From IMG/VR virus record IMGVR_UViG_3300012041_000032, positions 1 through 43,950 of that record: a stretch of DNA of 43,950 nt, one strand, 5' to 3'. Below, one piece after another: positions 24,621 through 35,292 of this stretch. The notes under the pieces were generated by a model. That model saw nothing but the letters and a program-made list of their open reading frames with translations, searched no databases and was not told the DNA's origin. Position 1 is the first letter of the stretch. Each line of letters starts with the position of its first letter. Position numbers and translations under genes: made by a program. The stretch comes from a virus (Duplodnaviria; Caudoviricetes).

Positions 24621-27600
24621 CGCTTGGCCGTGCGCCTCTTCGTGCTCGTGGCGGAGCGCTTTTCTAGGATGGCGGGCTTGGCCCTGGCACTGCCGCCCGA
24701 ACTGGAGCCGCTGCCAGAAACCGGGAACCGCGCTTCCTCTTCCGCCTCGCTCGCGGTGAGGTCGGTGTAAAATTTCACGAATACGGAGTTGTCGGGGTCC
24801 ACGCGGAACGCCCGGCGCGCGGGGTTGAATCCGACCTTGCTTGCGCGGAGCGCGAGCGCATGTTCCTCGGGGGAAATCTCCCCGGTCTGCACAAGTCGAA
24901 TCAGGGCAGCTTTGCGGCTGGCGGCGCGGCCGGTAGACGAGAGCGCGTCCGCACGCTTGAGCACATCCGAGGCGCGCTGGGAATCCTCCAGGGCCATGCC
25001 CTTGAAAGCGGGAATCGCGTAGTAATCTGTTGCGAGATCCTTAGCCTTTCGGAACTCGCGGAGCACGGCGTCGTCGCGAGCGCCCGTGACCTTGGCGACC
25101 TCTTCGTCTATGTCCGGGTTTTTCCGGCGGAAGTCCGCCTGTAGCTCTTCCAGCTTGTCAAAGTCTGTTCGCCCGTTCGCCATCTCGGCCTCTTCGTAGA
25201 GGTCGAAATACCGCGAGACATCGGAATCCTCATCGAACTCATCGGCGGCCTTCATCTCCCCGAGGCGAATTTTCACGGCATCCGAGTACGCCTCGCGGTA
25301 TGCGTTCCCCGTGAACACGCGGCCCTTGGAGTCTTTGCCGTCGGCGAGGAACTTCCCGTTGGCCGCCATCTTCTGGCGGAAGTCGGCGTTGGCTCGCGTT
25401 GATAGATCACCCGTTTCCAGGGCGCGCCGCTCCGCCTCGGACTGATTCTCTTGGATCTCCTCATCCTCGTTGATGATGGATTTCTGTTCGCCCGTGAGTT
25501 CTTCGTACGGTTTGCCGTACTTCTCTTCGGCCAGCTTGTCGCGTCGGAAGTTCCTCTCTTCGGAAGGGCTAATCTCGGACGCCTGCGCGCCGATGAACGA
25601 GGCGGCCACGCCGGGTGCGGCTTCCGCGATGGGCTTAAGGCTGCGCTGCTCAATCGCCGGTTGCACGCCCTGATTCACGAGGGCCTGAGCGGCAAACGGA
25701 ATCGACTCCCTCGCAATGTCTGGAACGGTATCTGTGTAGAACTCCTTGCTGGCGAAGTCCCTCGTGATTGGGCGGCCATCGTAGGTTTGCTCACTGAGCA
25801 GCGACCATGCGGTAGACATCACCGGGGACGACTTCGAGCGCAGTAGCCGCTCCCCGGCCTCCAGCGGGTCGAAGTTGTCCGGTCCGGGGGCGCGACTGCC
25901 AATCTCCAGCCCGTAGCCCACGCCTTCGGCATCGCCCGCCTGTCCACCCACAGCCTGTGCCCCAGCGCGCACCAGCGTCGCGTAGGGGCCGAGAAGGGAG
26001 ATGTCCTGACCTCCCACATTCCGAATCCGCAGAAAGTTGTTCGAGCGGGGGTCTACATCGGTGTTGTACCCGCGAGCCGCGTTTGCCGCGTAGGTGATGA
26101 CGGCAGCGGTGGCAGTGAGCTTGATGAGGTGCCGCCGGGCGATGGACCCTTCCAGCCCGCCTTTCGTGAAGGCCGCGATGGTTTGCTCGATGTTCGCCCG
26201 AAAGAATCGCGGCGCGAAGAGCGCGATGTTCTCCAAACTGCTTGTCTTAGAACCCGTCCACCCTGACATCCGATTGAGACTGGCTCCGGCCTCATCCATC
26301 GCGGCATCCAGCGCCTTGCCGCGCTTGCCCTGGGCGACGGCGCGCTCCAGTTGGTCGGTGGCGAGCGTGAATCGGGAGTAGTTGAGATACCGCGCGAACA
26401 CGTCGTTGGACCAGTCCGCGACTCCGGCGGCCGCGCGCGTCGCCGGGCCGAGCTTGTCCTTCCATCCTTCGGACGCCGGGAACATATATTCATCCGTCTG
26501 CAAGGGCGTTTCGTCGGCGTAGTGGATGCCATGCTGGATGAGCCACTCCAGCGGATCGTCCTCCACCCCGGCCCTCGCCAGCGCTTCGCCCGCTCGCGCA
26601 ACTTCCCCCTCCAGCATTTCGTAGTATTGCTGCGGGTGCTTCGTCGCAGAGGCGATGGTGTTTCCCATGCCCGTAAACGCCTTGATGAAGTTCTTTGGGT
26701 TCGATTCGAGAAACCCGATGCCCTGGTTCATAAACGCCGAAATGTCGGCGGCGGCGCGCATCGGGAGTGCGACCGCGTTGATGGCGGCTGCCTGCTTGCC
26801 AACCGCTGCTTGGTCTAGCCGCGTGGAAGAGAGCAGGGAGTCAAGCTCGCCCGCCACGTCATCGGGGAAGGCGAACGCCTCGCGGCCCACCATCCCAAGT
26901 CCGCTGTCCGTCGTGCCGACGTATTTGAATTTCTCCAAGAGCGGGTGGTTGGACTTGAGAGCGCGGGCACCGAAACCTCGCAGCGCTGCGTCCTTCTCCG
27001 CCAGCGGCTCAATCATCCGCGCCAGGTAGTTCTCCTGCGCGATGCGCGCCTTCGTCCGCATTCCCGCCTTAAGCGCATCCCACGGCTCCGCGTACGTAAT
27101 GCCCGCCTCGGTGCCAGCGGCGACACTCTCCTGTGTTCTGGCGGAGATGCGAGAGCGACCGATGCCGGGCTTGCCGCCACTGCCCTTGCTCGCACCCTTC
27201 GGCAAAAACTCCTCGTTGATTTCCTTGCCCACCACCTTGCGCGGCCAGTATTCCCCGGTGCCCGTCGCACGCTTCGGGACTTCGCCGCCATGGACACTTA
27301 CGGTGTCATTCCACCGCTGGTTCATCGCCTGCACAGCATCGAGCACGGAGCGCTGTTCGGCGCTGAGGGATTCACGCACCGCAAGGGCTTCCGCTGTTGC
27401 GCCTTCCGCAACGTCCTCAATCGGCACCTTCGTCCCTTCGATGACCCACATGTCATCTTCGGGGACAATCCGCAGTCCGGCGCGCTCAGCACGGGCCTTG
27501 AGGCGATCCACGGATGCGCCCGTGGCCTCGCGGACGATTTGCTCCGTGCGCTCCATCTCCGTCCTCACGGCGTCCACATCAGCGTTCTTCTTCACCTGCG

Positions 27601-28837
27601 GCTTAAGGCGTTCCATGCGCCCGCCAAGCGCCTCTTCGCGCTCAGCCACCACCGCATCGCGACCCCGGCGGCGAAGCATGTCAGTCATCTGGCGCGGCTC
27701 GTTTGGCTCCAAAAGTGCCGCGGTTTCGGGCGGCCCTACAGATTCACCGGCGGCGGCTAGCGGGCCTTCGGGGGCGGGGGCCTTTGCAGCGTTTTTGGCC
27801 GCCAGTTTTGCGCGACGACTGGCGGCGGGACTTGGGGCCTCGGCTGTCGCACTTTGTCGCATGTTGTCGCTGATTGGCGCAGTTGGCAGTGCCTCCGGCG
27901 CGCCTTCCGTAACGTCATCAATCTGCGCCCCGAGCGGGAACTTCCGCCCCACTGCCCCCGGGTCCAGCCCGCGCCCTACGTAGCGGCTCGCGCGGCCACC
28001 GAGCACTCCGAGGCCCGCCGCCTTGAGGTTCTGCTCTGTATCCCCGCCAGAGAGCGCCGAAGCCCCGTAGCCAACCGCGCCGCCGATGACTTCGCGGGCG
28101 TACCGGGATTGCGCTATGTCCGCGACCTCGTTCGCCTTCGCAGCCCCGCCGAGGATGCGGCCCGTGATGCTGCCCTTCCGCGCGATAGAGGCGCCGCGCA
28201 GCGCCTTGGTGGCGACGCCGGCGCCCACGATGTTCGTCGGGTCGAAGATGAGTTGGGTAGCGAGCCGGTCCACCGTGCCGCGCTGGTTCAGATCCTCGCG
28301 CTGGCCTTCAATGAACGGCGTGGCACTGCGGGCGCGAACAGCGTCGCGCGCGTTCGCGAGTGAGCCGCCGGCACCCGCCAGGTCACGCAGTCCGCCGCGG
28401 GCGTCGCCAGTAACCGCGCGGCCAGCCAGCCGTCCGAGGCCGACCGGCGACCCTGTGTCGTATGCGTCGCGGCCAGTTTCCGCTGCGGCATCCAAGACTT
28501 CCAGTGCCTTGCCGCCGTACTTCGCGACACCACCACCGAGGCGCTTCGCCAGTCCGAGTGCTCCGCCTTCTTCGCGCTCGCGGTTGACCGGCGACATGAG
28601 GCTTCGGCCGATGTTGCCGCCGATGGATTGGGCCGCCTTCACGGCTTGCCGCTGTTGGCGGCGCTCCCCGCCGAGGCTGTCGAATCCGCCAGAGATGCCA
28701 CGTCGGGGCGTCGCGATAGTGGGCGCGCGGGTTCCACGCCGTTCGGAGGCGATGTCGCCCGCCCGCGTCCGTTCCTTGTCGCGGTACTGGTCGAGCGGTT
28801 CACGCCCGAAGGCCGATCCCCATCCGAAGAGGGCCAC
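24617..28837 (-). CDS. Large putative internal virion/DNA-ejection protein
   Basis: 1406 aa, Ala/Gly/Arg-rich helical, FAPRF and DPRSNNFLRI motifs reminiscent of podovirus ejection proteins. Confidence 0.7.
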   Translation of the reverse strand: MALFGWGSAFGREPLDQYRDKERTRAGDIASERRGTRAPTIATPRRGISGGFDSLGGERRQQRQAVKAAQSIGGNIGRSLMSPVNREREEGGALGLAKRLGGGVAKYGGKALEVLDAAAETGRDAYDTGSPVGLGRLAGRAVTGDARGGLRDLAGAGGSLANARDAVRARSATPFIEGQREDLNQRGTVDRLATQLIFDPTNIVGAGVATKALRGASIARKGSITGRILGGAAKANEVADIAQSRYAREVIGGAVGYGASALSGGDTEQNLKAAGLGVLGGRASRYVGRGLDPGAVGRKFPLGAQIDDVTEGAPEALPTAPISDNMRQSATAEAPSPAASRRAKLAAKNAAKAPAPEGPLAAAGESVGPPETAALLEPNEPRQMTDMLRRRGRDAVVAEREEALGGRMERLKPQVKKNADVDAVRTEMERTEQIVREATGASVDRLKARAERAGLRIVPEDDMWVIEGTKVPIEDVAEGATAEALAVRESLSAEQRSVLDAVQAMNQRWNDTVSVHGGEVPKRATGTGEYWPRKVVGKEINEEFLPKGASKGSGGKPGIGRSRISARTQESVAAGTEAGITYAEPWDALKAGMRTKARIAQENYLARMIEPLAEKDAALRGFGARALKSNHPLLEKFKYVGTTDSGLGMVGREAFAFPDDVAGELDSLLSSTRLDQAAVGKQAAAINAVALPMRAAADISAFMNQGIGFLESNPKNFIKAFTGMGNTIASATKHPQQYYEMLEGEVARAGEALARAGVEDDPLEWLIQHGIHYADETPLQTDEYMFPASEGWKDKLGPATRAAAGVADWSNDVFARYLNYSRFTLATDQLERAVAQGKRGKALDAAMDEAGASLNRMSGWTGSKTSSLENIALFAPRFFRANIEQTIAAFTKGGLEGSIARRHLIKLTATAAVITYAANAARGYNTDVDPRSNNFLRIRNVGGQDISLLGPYATLVRAGAQAVGGQAGDAEGVGYGLEIGSRAPGPDNFDPLEAGERLLRSKSSPVMSTAWSLLSEQTYDGRPITRDFASKEFYTDTVPDIARESIPFAAQALVNQGVQPAIEQRSLKPIAEAAPGVAASFIGAQASEISPSEERNFRRDKLAEEKYGKPYEELTGEQKSIINEDEEIQENQSEAERRALETGDLSTRANADFRQKMAANGKFLADGKDSKGRVFTGNAYREAYSDAVKIRLGEMKAADEFDEDSDVSRYFDLYEEAEMANGRTDFDKLEELQADFRRKNPDIDEEVAKVTGARDDAVLREFRKAKDLATDYYAIPAFKGMALEDSQRASDVLKRADALSSTGRAASRKAALIRLVQTGEISPEEHALALRASKVGFNPARRAFRVDPDNSVFVKFYTDLTASEAEEEARFPVSGSGSSSGGSARAKPAILEKRSATSTKRRTAKR

Positions 28838-30801
28838 TAGCTGAACCGCCTACGCCCGAACGCGCCCACGGCGTATTGCGTGACCGGCGAGGCCCGGAGC
28901 GATTGCGCCACCGCCGTCGGGAAATACTGGCCGGTGCCTTCCACTGCCCCCTGAATCATCTGCTGTTGGTCCGGGTTCGACTTCAACAGAAGCCCCGCGT
29001 TGATGTCCTGCCCGGAGCGGATGCCGAGCGGGATGCCGAACGCGCCGATTTCGGAGAAGCGTTCCCCGCCCAACGCCGTCGGGTCCGCCGTCCGCGCCCC
29101 GCTCAGCCGGTCGCGCTGGTTGACGAGCGCCTGGATGACGGGCGAATTGGCGATGACTTCGGTGGAGTAGCCTCCAGCCTGCAGGTTCGTCGGGATGAGG
29201 TTTCGGAGCGTGTTCACGTCCATCCCCAGCTGGGCAGCGAGCGTCTGAATCAACATGTCGCCCTGGGGGTTCACTGCCGACGCCATCGCCGTCGCGCCCG
29301 TGGATGCCGGGATAGGGGTGTTCGCCGCAGCCTCCGTCGGAGCGCCCGTGAAGGGGCCGGTGTTCTGCGTGGCGGCGGCAACGGGCGTGCTCGCGGTGGG
29401 CGCGTTCGATGTTGCGCCAGCCTGCGCCGTGCGTTGGCGCGTCATCAGCGGGTTCACCGGGTTGGCGAGGTCCACTTCGGGGCCATCCTGCCATTGGCCG
29501 GCGGAGTTCTTCGTGAGCGGCAAGCCATAGGCCCCCGTGGGCACCGGCGGGGCGGCCGGTTCCGGTACAGGCGCGGGCGCACCCGTTCCGTCGGCCGCAA
29601 TCGGCCCCGTGACGATCTGGTTGGTTCCCGTGAGCGCCTGCGTACTCGACTGGAGCGCCTGCGTGGTCACCGGGTTGACGCCGATGGCCTGCGGAAGCTC
29701 TTCCACGCGCGCGGCGGCGAGTTGCTGGTCTACGCCCTGAATACCGCCCGGCTCCGACGCTTCGATGTTCGCGGCGGTTGCATCCGTACCAAGCCACGAC
29801 ATCGTTTGCGGGCCTTGCGAGGCATAGCCGGGGTTGGCGGAAACAGCTTCCGTGAGCGGGACGAATCCCGCCTGCGCGCCCACGGACTCCGCAAGCTGCG
29901 TGTCGCCATCCATCGCCGCCGGGCCACCGACCACGGGGCCGGCTGCCGAAGGGCCGGACGGGGGAATCGCGCCCATCATGTTCGCTGCCGCCGTCATGTT
30001 CACGAACGAGAGCGGGATGTTCAGGTTCTGCATGTAGAACTGGTGCGCCACCCAGTCCACCGGGTTCTTCGCCAGCTGCACGCCGACCTGGAGGATGTTC
30101 AGCGCCATCGTGCCGTTAAACTGCCGGCGCTCTTCGGCGATGCTGAGGTCGAACTGTCGTACCTGTTCTCCGAAGGATTTGTTGAACTGGCGGGCATTCT
30201 CGGCCCGGTCCGCGTTGGCGATGCCCACCGTTGCGGCGGTGCGCTCGCGGTCGGCGGCAACCTGGGCCATGCCGATGGTCAGACGGTTAGCGGCGTCCGC
30301 GGCCTGGGCGTTGGCCGAGATGAGCGCGGCCTGCCCCTGCGCCCGGTCCTTTTCCGCCTGCGCTTCGGCGGCGATACGGCCGGAAACGGAGTTGTACGAG
30401 TCAATCGCCAGTCCGGGGTCAACGTAGGGGATGTTCTGGAGCGGCTTTCCGTCCGGGCCTACGGGATTCAGGAACGCTGCCTGCTCCTCCGGCGAGAGGC
30501 TGTCCCAATTGTTGAAGGCGTAGGCCGCCGCCTGGGCGAACGCGCCGTAGGTGTGCGGGTCGAGCGCGCTGCCGCCGCCCGTGGCGTAGCTGGACGGGTC
30601 GATGGTGGTAAGGCCGCGCGAGTTGAAGGTGTCGCTGGCGAAGAAGTTATTGGCGAAGGGGGAGTCCACGCCGTTCTGGTAGTTGACCGTCCACGAAATC
30701 GCGTGCGTCGCGATCCATTCGTCCATCGTTTGCGGCCCGGCGTTGACGGGGGCCGAGGCGCGGGGGTCGGCGTTAACCGGATATGGTGCTGGCGGCGGCA
30801 T
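28837..30801 (-). CDS. Putative internal virion/ejection protein
   Basis: 654 aa, Ala/Gln/Pro-rich with repeated RQFN/RQFD units; coupled to the 1406-aa gene. Confidence 0.65.
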   Translation of the reverse strand: MPPPAPYPVNADPRASAPVNAGPQTMDEWIATHAISWTVNYQNGVDSPFANNFFASDTFNSRGLTTIDPSSYATGGGSALDPHTYGAFAQAAAYAFNNWDSLSPEEQAAFLNPVGPDGKPLQNIPYVDPGLAIDSYNSVSGRIAAEAQAEKDRAQGQAALISANAQAADAANRLTIGMAQVAADRERTAATVGIANADRAENARQFNKSFGEQVRQFDLSIAEERRQFNGTMALNILQVGVQLAKNPVDWVAHQFYMQNLNIPLSFVNMTAAANMMGAIPPSGPSAAGPVVGGPAAMDGDTQLAESVGAQAGFVPLTEAVSANPGYASQGPQTMSWLGTDATAANIEASEPGGIQGVDQQLAAARVEELPQAIGVNPVTTQALQSSTQALTGTNQIVTGPIAADGTGAPAPVPEPAAPPVPTGAYGLPLTKNSAGQWQDGPEVDLANPVNPLMTRQRTAQAGATSNAPTASTPVAAATQNTGPFTGAPTEAAANTPIPASTGATAMASAVNPQGDMLIQTLAAQLGMDVNTLRNLIPTNLQAGGYSTEVIANSPVIQALVNQRDRLSGARTADPTALGGERFSEIGAFGIPLGIRSGQDINAGLLLKSNPDQQQMIQGAVEGTGQYFPTAVAQSLRASPVTQYAVGAFGRRRFS

Positions 30802-30804
30802 AGC

Positions 30805-32301
30805 CTACCTCCCGAGGATCGAGGGCGTGATGGTTCGCGTTGCCAGGCTTGGGCCTACGCGAGTCGGGGTCGGAGTGGATGTGGCTGTTGGATAGCCGGA
30901 GCGCATCGGCAGCTGCGGCCCTTGCTGGCGGCTCGCGAGGTCGTCCGCCAACCGGAACGCGGATGTGTCTCGCACGGGTTCTTGTCGGCGACGCTGGCCG
31001 AAGCTAAATACATCGGACAGCCGCTGGGCGGTAGCGGAGCGGGCGGTGGTGCTTGGCCCGGCTTCCCGCGCCGCGTTATCCGCGGCTTCACCCTCTTCGG
31101 CGCGCTGGCGGCCCCGGTCGGTGATCTTCGGCCCACCGCCGAATGCGGAGTTGGCGGTCGATACGCCGCTGCTCGCGCGAGCGTTGAACGCGCCCGCTTG
31201 CCCTCCGCTCATCTGAAAAGGGTAGGGCTTGCCCGGAACCTCGGGCAGTCCGGCGGACACCATCTCGCGGGCCTTGTTGTAGAAGTCCTCGTAGGGCGTC
31301 ATGCGCTTGTACGGCACCGTCGCCGCCATCGTTTCCTTCCGCATAAACGCGCCGGTCGAAGCAACCGCATCAGCCTGGCGGTCGGTTTCTTCGGTGTATT
31401 GGTCGCCCGCAATCTGGCGCGCTTCGGTGCGGATGTCCAACTCGCGATTGAACGCATCGGCGGCGTTCTCGGCATCTATCAGCCGCGGGTCGGTGTCCGA
31501 GTAGTGGTCGAGAATGGTGAGCAGGCGGTCAAGGTCCTCGCCTTGCTGCTCGTAGATTCTCTCCCATTGGTCGAGCGAGTCCGAGAGGGAGTAATACTCC
31601 TCTTCCTCTTCCGGGGTGAGTGGACTAATCGGCTCCTCCGGTGGCGCGACCGGGTTCCTCTGGGCGTCATAGCCGGAGAAGTCCGACATCGCCTTGTTCC
31701 ACGCATCCCATTGGGATTCGTAGGCGGCGATTTTGCGGTCGATCACATTCCAGCGCGCGAGTTTCCCGTAATAATCAGCCGTACTAAACGGCAGTGCGGG
31801 AATATCGTAGGCCGACACATCGAAGCCGCCGGAGCCGCCAGCCACGCCAGCGGCGGCGGGCACTCCGGCGGCGGCATCGGAGCGGAAACCAACCCGGTTG
31901 TCGCCGGACGCCTGGAATCCAAGAATGTCGCTAGGGTCGATGGCGTTTCCGTTGGGGTCCAGCACGTCGAAGCTCAGGTGCGGCCCGGTCGAGGCCCCCG
32001 TGTTTCCGCTGGCGCCGACTACGGTGCCGGGGCCGATGCGGTCGCCGACGCGCACGTCCGCGCTGCTCAGGTGGCCATAATTGACCACACGCCCATCGTC
32101 CATCCGCACTTTGACCGAGGTTCCCCATCCGTCCGAGCCGGGGCCAGCCTGGATGACTACGCCGTCAACGACGTTTGTGATTGGGGTTCCTACCGGAACG
32201 CCGAAGTCCACGCCCTTGTTGATGCCGCCTGAATCTAGCGGCTCATTCGTCGGCCCGAAAATCGCTGTGATGGGGGAGCCGGCCGGTACTGGTAGTGCCA
32301 T
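30805..32301 (-). CDS. M23-family peptidase-domain virion protein
   Basis: N-terminal GVDF...YGHL...GASGNTGASTGPHLSF; helical C-terminal part. Confidence 0.85.
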   Translation of the reverse strand: MALPVPAGSPITAIFGPTNEPLDSGGINKGVDFGVPVGTPITNVVDGVVIQAGPGSDGWGTSVKVRMDDGRVVNYGHLSSADVRVGDRIGPGTVVGASGNTGASTGPHLSFDVLDPNGNAIDPSDILGFQASGDNRVGFRSDAAAGVPAAAGVAGGSGGFDVSAYDIPALPFSTADYYGKLARWNVIDRKIAAYESQWDAWNKAMSDFSGYDAQRNPVAPPEEPISPLTPEEEEEYYSLSDSLDQWERIYEQQGEDLDRLLTILDHYSDTDPRLIDAENAADAFNRELDIRTEARQIAGDQYTEETDRQADAVASTGAFMRKETMAATVPYKRMTPYEDFYNKAREMVSAGLPEVPGKPYPFQMSGGQAGAFNARASSGVSTANSAFGGGPKITDRGRQRAEEGEAADNAAREAGPSTTARSATAQRLSDVFSFGQRRRQEPVRDTSAFRLADDLASRQQGPQLPMRSGYPTATSTPTPTRVGPSLATRTITPSILGR

Positions 32302-32434
32302 CGTGAGCTACCATCGCGCGTCACTCGCCGTCGCCCGGAAAGGCAGGGGGCTGCGGCAAAAGAGTACACCTTGCTTGCTCCGGAGTCATTAGTGGGGTTA
32401 GTCTGGCACGCAGAACGACTGATGGAGGTCGTGC

Positions 32435-33421
32435 TTGTCGCCAGAGGCCCCGGTACAAGAACCCGCCGGAACGCCGTCCCCAGCCGCGCCCATAGAGGCA
32501 GCGCAGGATACGGCAGTTACCACAATCGAGCGCGGGAACGTCGTTAGCCACGAGTTCCGCAACCCGGATTCTGCACCCAAGAGCGAGACGCAGACCCCGG
32601 CAACGGAATCGGCAACGGCCGAAGCCACGGCAGCCACAGAAGCCGCAGCGCCAGAAGGCGAGCGAACCGCAGCTGACGACATCTCGGACGATGAACTTAA
32701 GCGTCTAGAGAAGTCGGCAAAGCTCCAGGCCCGCATCGAGCAATTGGCGAATAACAAGGCCGGAAACCTCGCTCAGCGCGACCGCGAACGCATCCGCGCA
32801 GAAGAGCGTCAGCGCTTCCAAGAAGAGTCTGCCGCATGGGAGAAAGCCGACGAGGGCTATCAGTTACTCGTTAGCAAGGGCCGCGACAGCTTCAAAGAGC
32901 GCTATGGGATGACGGAACCGCAGGCTGCGGCGTGGGAGGCGAACTACCTTGCGGAGCGCGAGAAGCGCGATGCAGCGCCACAAGTACAGGCCACTCAGTC
33001 GGACGAACAAATCCGTTCCGACTTCAACAGCGGAGCCATCGCGGAGTTCCAGGCCGGCATCAAGACTTTGCTGCCCTTCTATGGCGACTTGCCAGAAGAG
33101 ACGCGCAAGACGATTGAATCGGCGAGGTTCGACCCCGAAGGCAACTGGCTTGCGGATTCCCTCGAAGCGTTGGCCGCGGGCGTAGCTGCCCGAGACGAAC
33201 GAGTCGCACGGGAGCACAAGGCGGCGCTGGCAGAGGCGCGAACGGCAGGCGCAAATTCCGCGCTCGCCGACCGCGAAGAGGCGTCCCCGGTAATCATCGA
33301 CCCGAAGCCAAACAACCTCGCTGCGATGAGCAATGCGGAGTTGAACATGGCATACGCGGAGAACGTGATAGACCGGACGACGTACAACGCAGAGAAGAGG
33401 CGGCGCGGGATCGACTACTAA
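32435..33421 (+). CDS. Capsid scaffolding protein
   Basis: Acidic N-terminus, coiled coil, directly before the capsid gene; GGAGG RBS before TTG. Confidence 0.7.
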   Translation: MSPEAPVQEPAGTPSPAAPIEAAQDTAVTTIERGNVVSHEFRNPDSAPKSETQTPATESATAEATAATEAAAPEGERTAADDISDDELKRLEKSAKLQARIEQLANNKAGNLAQRDRERIRAEERQRFQEESAAWEKADEGYQLLVSKGRDSFKERYGMTEPQAAAWEANYLAEREKRDAAPQVQATQSDEQIRSDFNSGAIAEFQAGIKTLLPFYGDLPEETRKTIESARFDPEGNWLADSLEALAAGVAARDERVAREHKAALAEARTAGANSALADREEASPVIIDPKPNNLAAMSNAELNMAYAENVIDRTTYNAEKRRRGIDY

Positions 33422-33433
33422 GGAGATCCCACC

Positions 33434-34339
33434 GTGGTCAACACTGGCAATACCACCAGTACGACCCTGGCCAACGTCATCGCGACCGTTCTTTCGCGTG
33501 CGAAGGACGTGATCGAGAAGCCAACCGTGATGAGCGAGTTCGTCACGAAGGTCAAGCTCGAAGATGGCGCCGGCCTGACGTACAACTGGCCCAAGTTCGC
33601 AACGAAGCTGGACGCCCAGGCGCTTGCCGAGGGCACCCCGATCAACAACCCGCAGAAGCTCATCCCTTCCTCGCGGCAGTTCACGACCTCGGAAGTCGGC
33701 GTCCATGTGGTGCTGACCGACAAGGCCATTCGTGTGACGCCGGAGAAGATGGTCGCTCGCGCCGGCCGCTTCATGGGTAACGCCATGAAGCGCAAGAAGG
33801 AAACCGACCTTCTGTCGCTGTTCTCGGGCCTCTCGCGCGACCTCGGCACCGCAAACAACCCTTTCAACCCTCAGTTCCTCTCGGCTGGGTACGCGCGCCT
33901 CACGGCGGCTGCGGAGTCCGGGCAGAGCGAGCCGGTTGAAGGGCGCGTGTACGCGGTGCTCCAGAACTTCGCGTACCACGACATCCTGGCTTCGGGCGCG
34001 ACCCTCGGCTCGAACATCAACACCTCTTCGGGCTACTTCCCCATCGAGGGGCTGACCGAAGAGTTGGTGAGAAACTACCGGCTCAAAGAGCTTTACGACT
34101 GCGTGATCGCCCTGGCCCCGTTGATTTCGATTGACGGCTCGGACGATGCAGTCTCGGCGATTTTCGGCGAGGAAGCCTTCATCCTCGTCAACACGTCTGT
34201 CTCGATGCGGATGGAGCGAGAGCGCGACATCTTCATGCGGGGCGAGGCGATGGTCATCACCAGCGAGTACGGCACCGGCGAACTTGACGACCAGATGGGG
34301 ATCAAGTTGACCGCCGACGCCACGGCTCCGGTCGTTTAG
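33434..34339 (+). CDS. Major capsid protein
   Basis: 301 aa; WPKF...LAEG, VVLTD, ERD...ITSEYGTGELDD pattern of HK97-fold capsids; AAGGAG RBS. Confidence 0.85.
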   Translation: MVNTGNTTSTTLANVIATVLSRAKDVIEKPTVMSEFVTKVKLEDGAGLTYNWPKFATKLDAQALAEGTPINNPQKLIPSSRQFTTSEVGVHVVLTDKAIRVTPEKMVARAGRFMGNAMKRKKETDLLSLFSGLSRDLGTANNPFNPQFLSAGYARLTAAAESGQSEPVEGRVYAVLQNFAYHDILASGATLGSNINTSSGYFPIEGLTEELVRNYRLKELYDCVIALAPLISIDGSDDAVSAIFGEEAFILVNTSVSMRMERERDIFMRGEAMVITSEYGTGELDDQMGIKLTADATAPVV

Positions 34340-34354
34340 GGAGGAGGCACAGAA

Positions 34355-34804
34355 ATGTCTTGGGCCTTCGCAGAAAAGTCCGTCAGTTCCTCGATGGCGC
34401 TCAACACCGCGGGCACCGTCTACCACATGTTCTATTTCGCCAAGAAGGCGCGCATCAAGCGGTATTGGGCCGTCCCGCAGGCAGCCCAGGCCGCGCACTC
34501 CACCATCGTCGATACCGTGACCTTCACCGACAAGAGCACGGACGGCAGCGGCTCGACGACTCTGGCGATTCTCACGAACGACTCCGACCTCGCCGATTCC
34601 ACGACTCGCGAAAGCGGTGCGTGGGTGGCGTTCGACGCGAAGTTCGTGGACACCGAGGACCGCCCCGGCGCGCCCGGCAACACGGGCAACGTCGCGGACG
34701 AAATCGCTGCTGGCACCGTCATCTCCGTCGCCGTTCTCGGCGCCGGCACCACTCCCGATGCCAACTGGTTCACGGTCGGCATCGACTTCGTGGAATCCGA
34801 CTAG
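34355..34804 (+). CDS. Putative capsid decoration/structural protein
   Basis: Thr/Ala beta-rich, follows MCP, GGAGG RBS. Confidence 0.6.
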   Translation: MSWAFAEKSVSSSMALNTAGTVYHMFYFAKKARIKRYWAVPQAAQAAHSTIVDTVTFTDKSTDGSGSTTLAILTNDSDLADSTTRESGAWVAFDAKFVDTEDRPGAPGNTGNVADEIAAGTVISVAVLGAGTTPDANWFTVGIDFVESD

Positions 34805-34821
34805 GCGCACCGAGGGGTCAA

Positions 34822-35292
34822 ATGGCCGTCACCATCCAAACGCGGAAAGCAATGCCAACGGAGCTTGATGAGCTTTGGCGAGACTTCCGGCCACTCACCG
34901 TCTCCGAAAAGGATGTCACGGTGGGGCCGAGGCTCGGCAAGGACATGTTGCTCCGGGTAGAGCAGATTCGCGTTGTGGAAGTGGTGTTCGTTGACCCCGA
35001 GGACGCCAACCAGGTCCGCAAGATTTGCTTCGAGCTAGGCCCGGCGACCGGCGAGGACGCGATCACGATCCCCTGTGAGGGGGCCGTGGACATGGCCCAG
35101 GTCCGGGATGTCTGGATGGCTCAGAAACAGGAGCGGATTCCCCAGCACATGCGCGAGCGGGCGTTGCGCCAGGAGGACCGTGACCGGCGGTTCTACGAGG
35201 GGCTAGTGCGGGAAGCGGACGAACAAACGAAACGAAAGCTCGGCATGTCCACGTTTGGACCGGGCGGTTCGACTCAAAGGAGCACCCCATGA
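34822..35292 (+). CDS. Hypothetical protein
   Basis: GAGG RBS, fits operon. Confidence 0.65.
   Translation: MAVTIQTRKAMPTELDELWRDFRPLTVSEKDVTVGPRLGKDMLLRVEQIRVVEVVFVDPEDANQVRKICFELGPATGEDAITIPCEGAVDMAQVRDVWMAQKQERIPQHMRERALRQEDRDRRFYEGLVREADEQTKRKLGMSTFGPGGSTQRSTP

Noticed and set aside
28876-32232. 1118-aa ORF on + strand
   Set aside because: Arg/Gly-rich shadow of two real minus-strand genes in high-GC DNA; no motifs.
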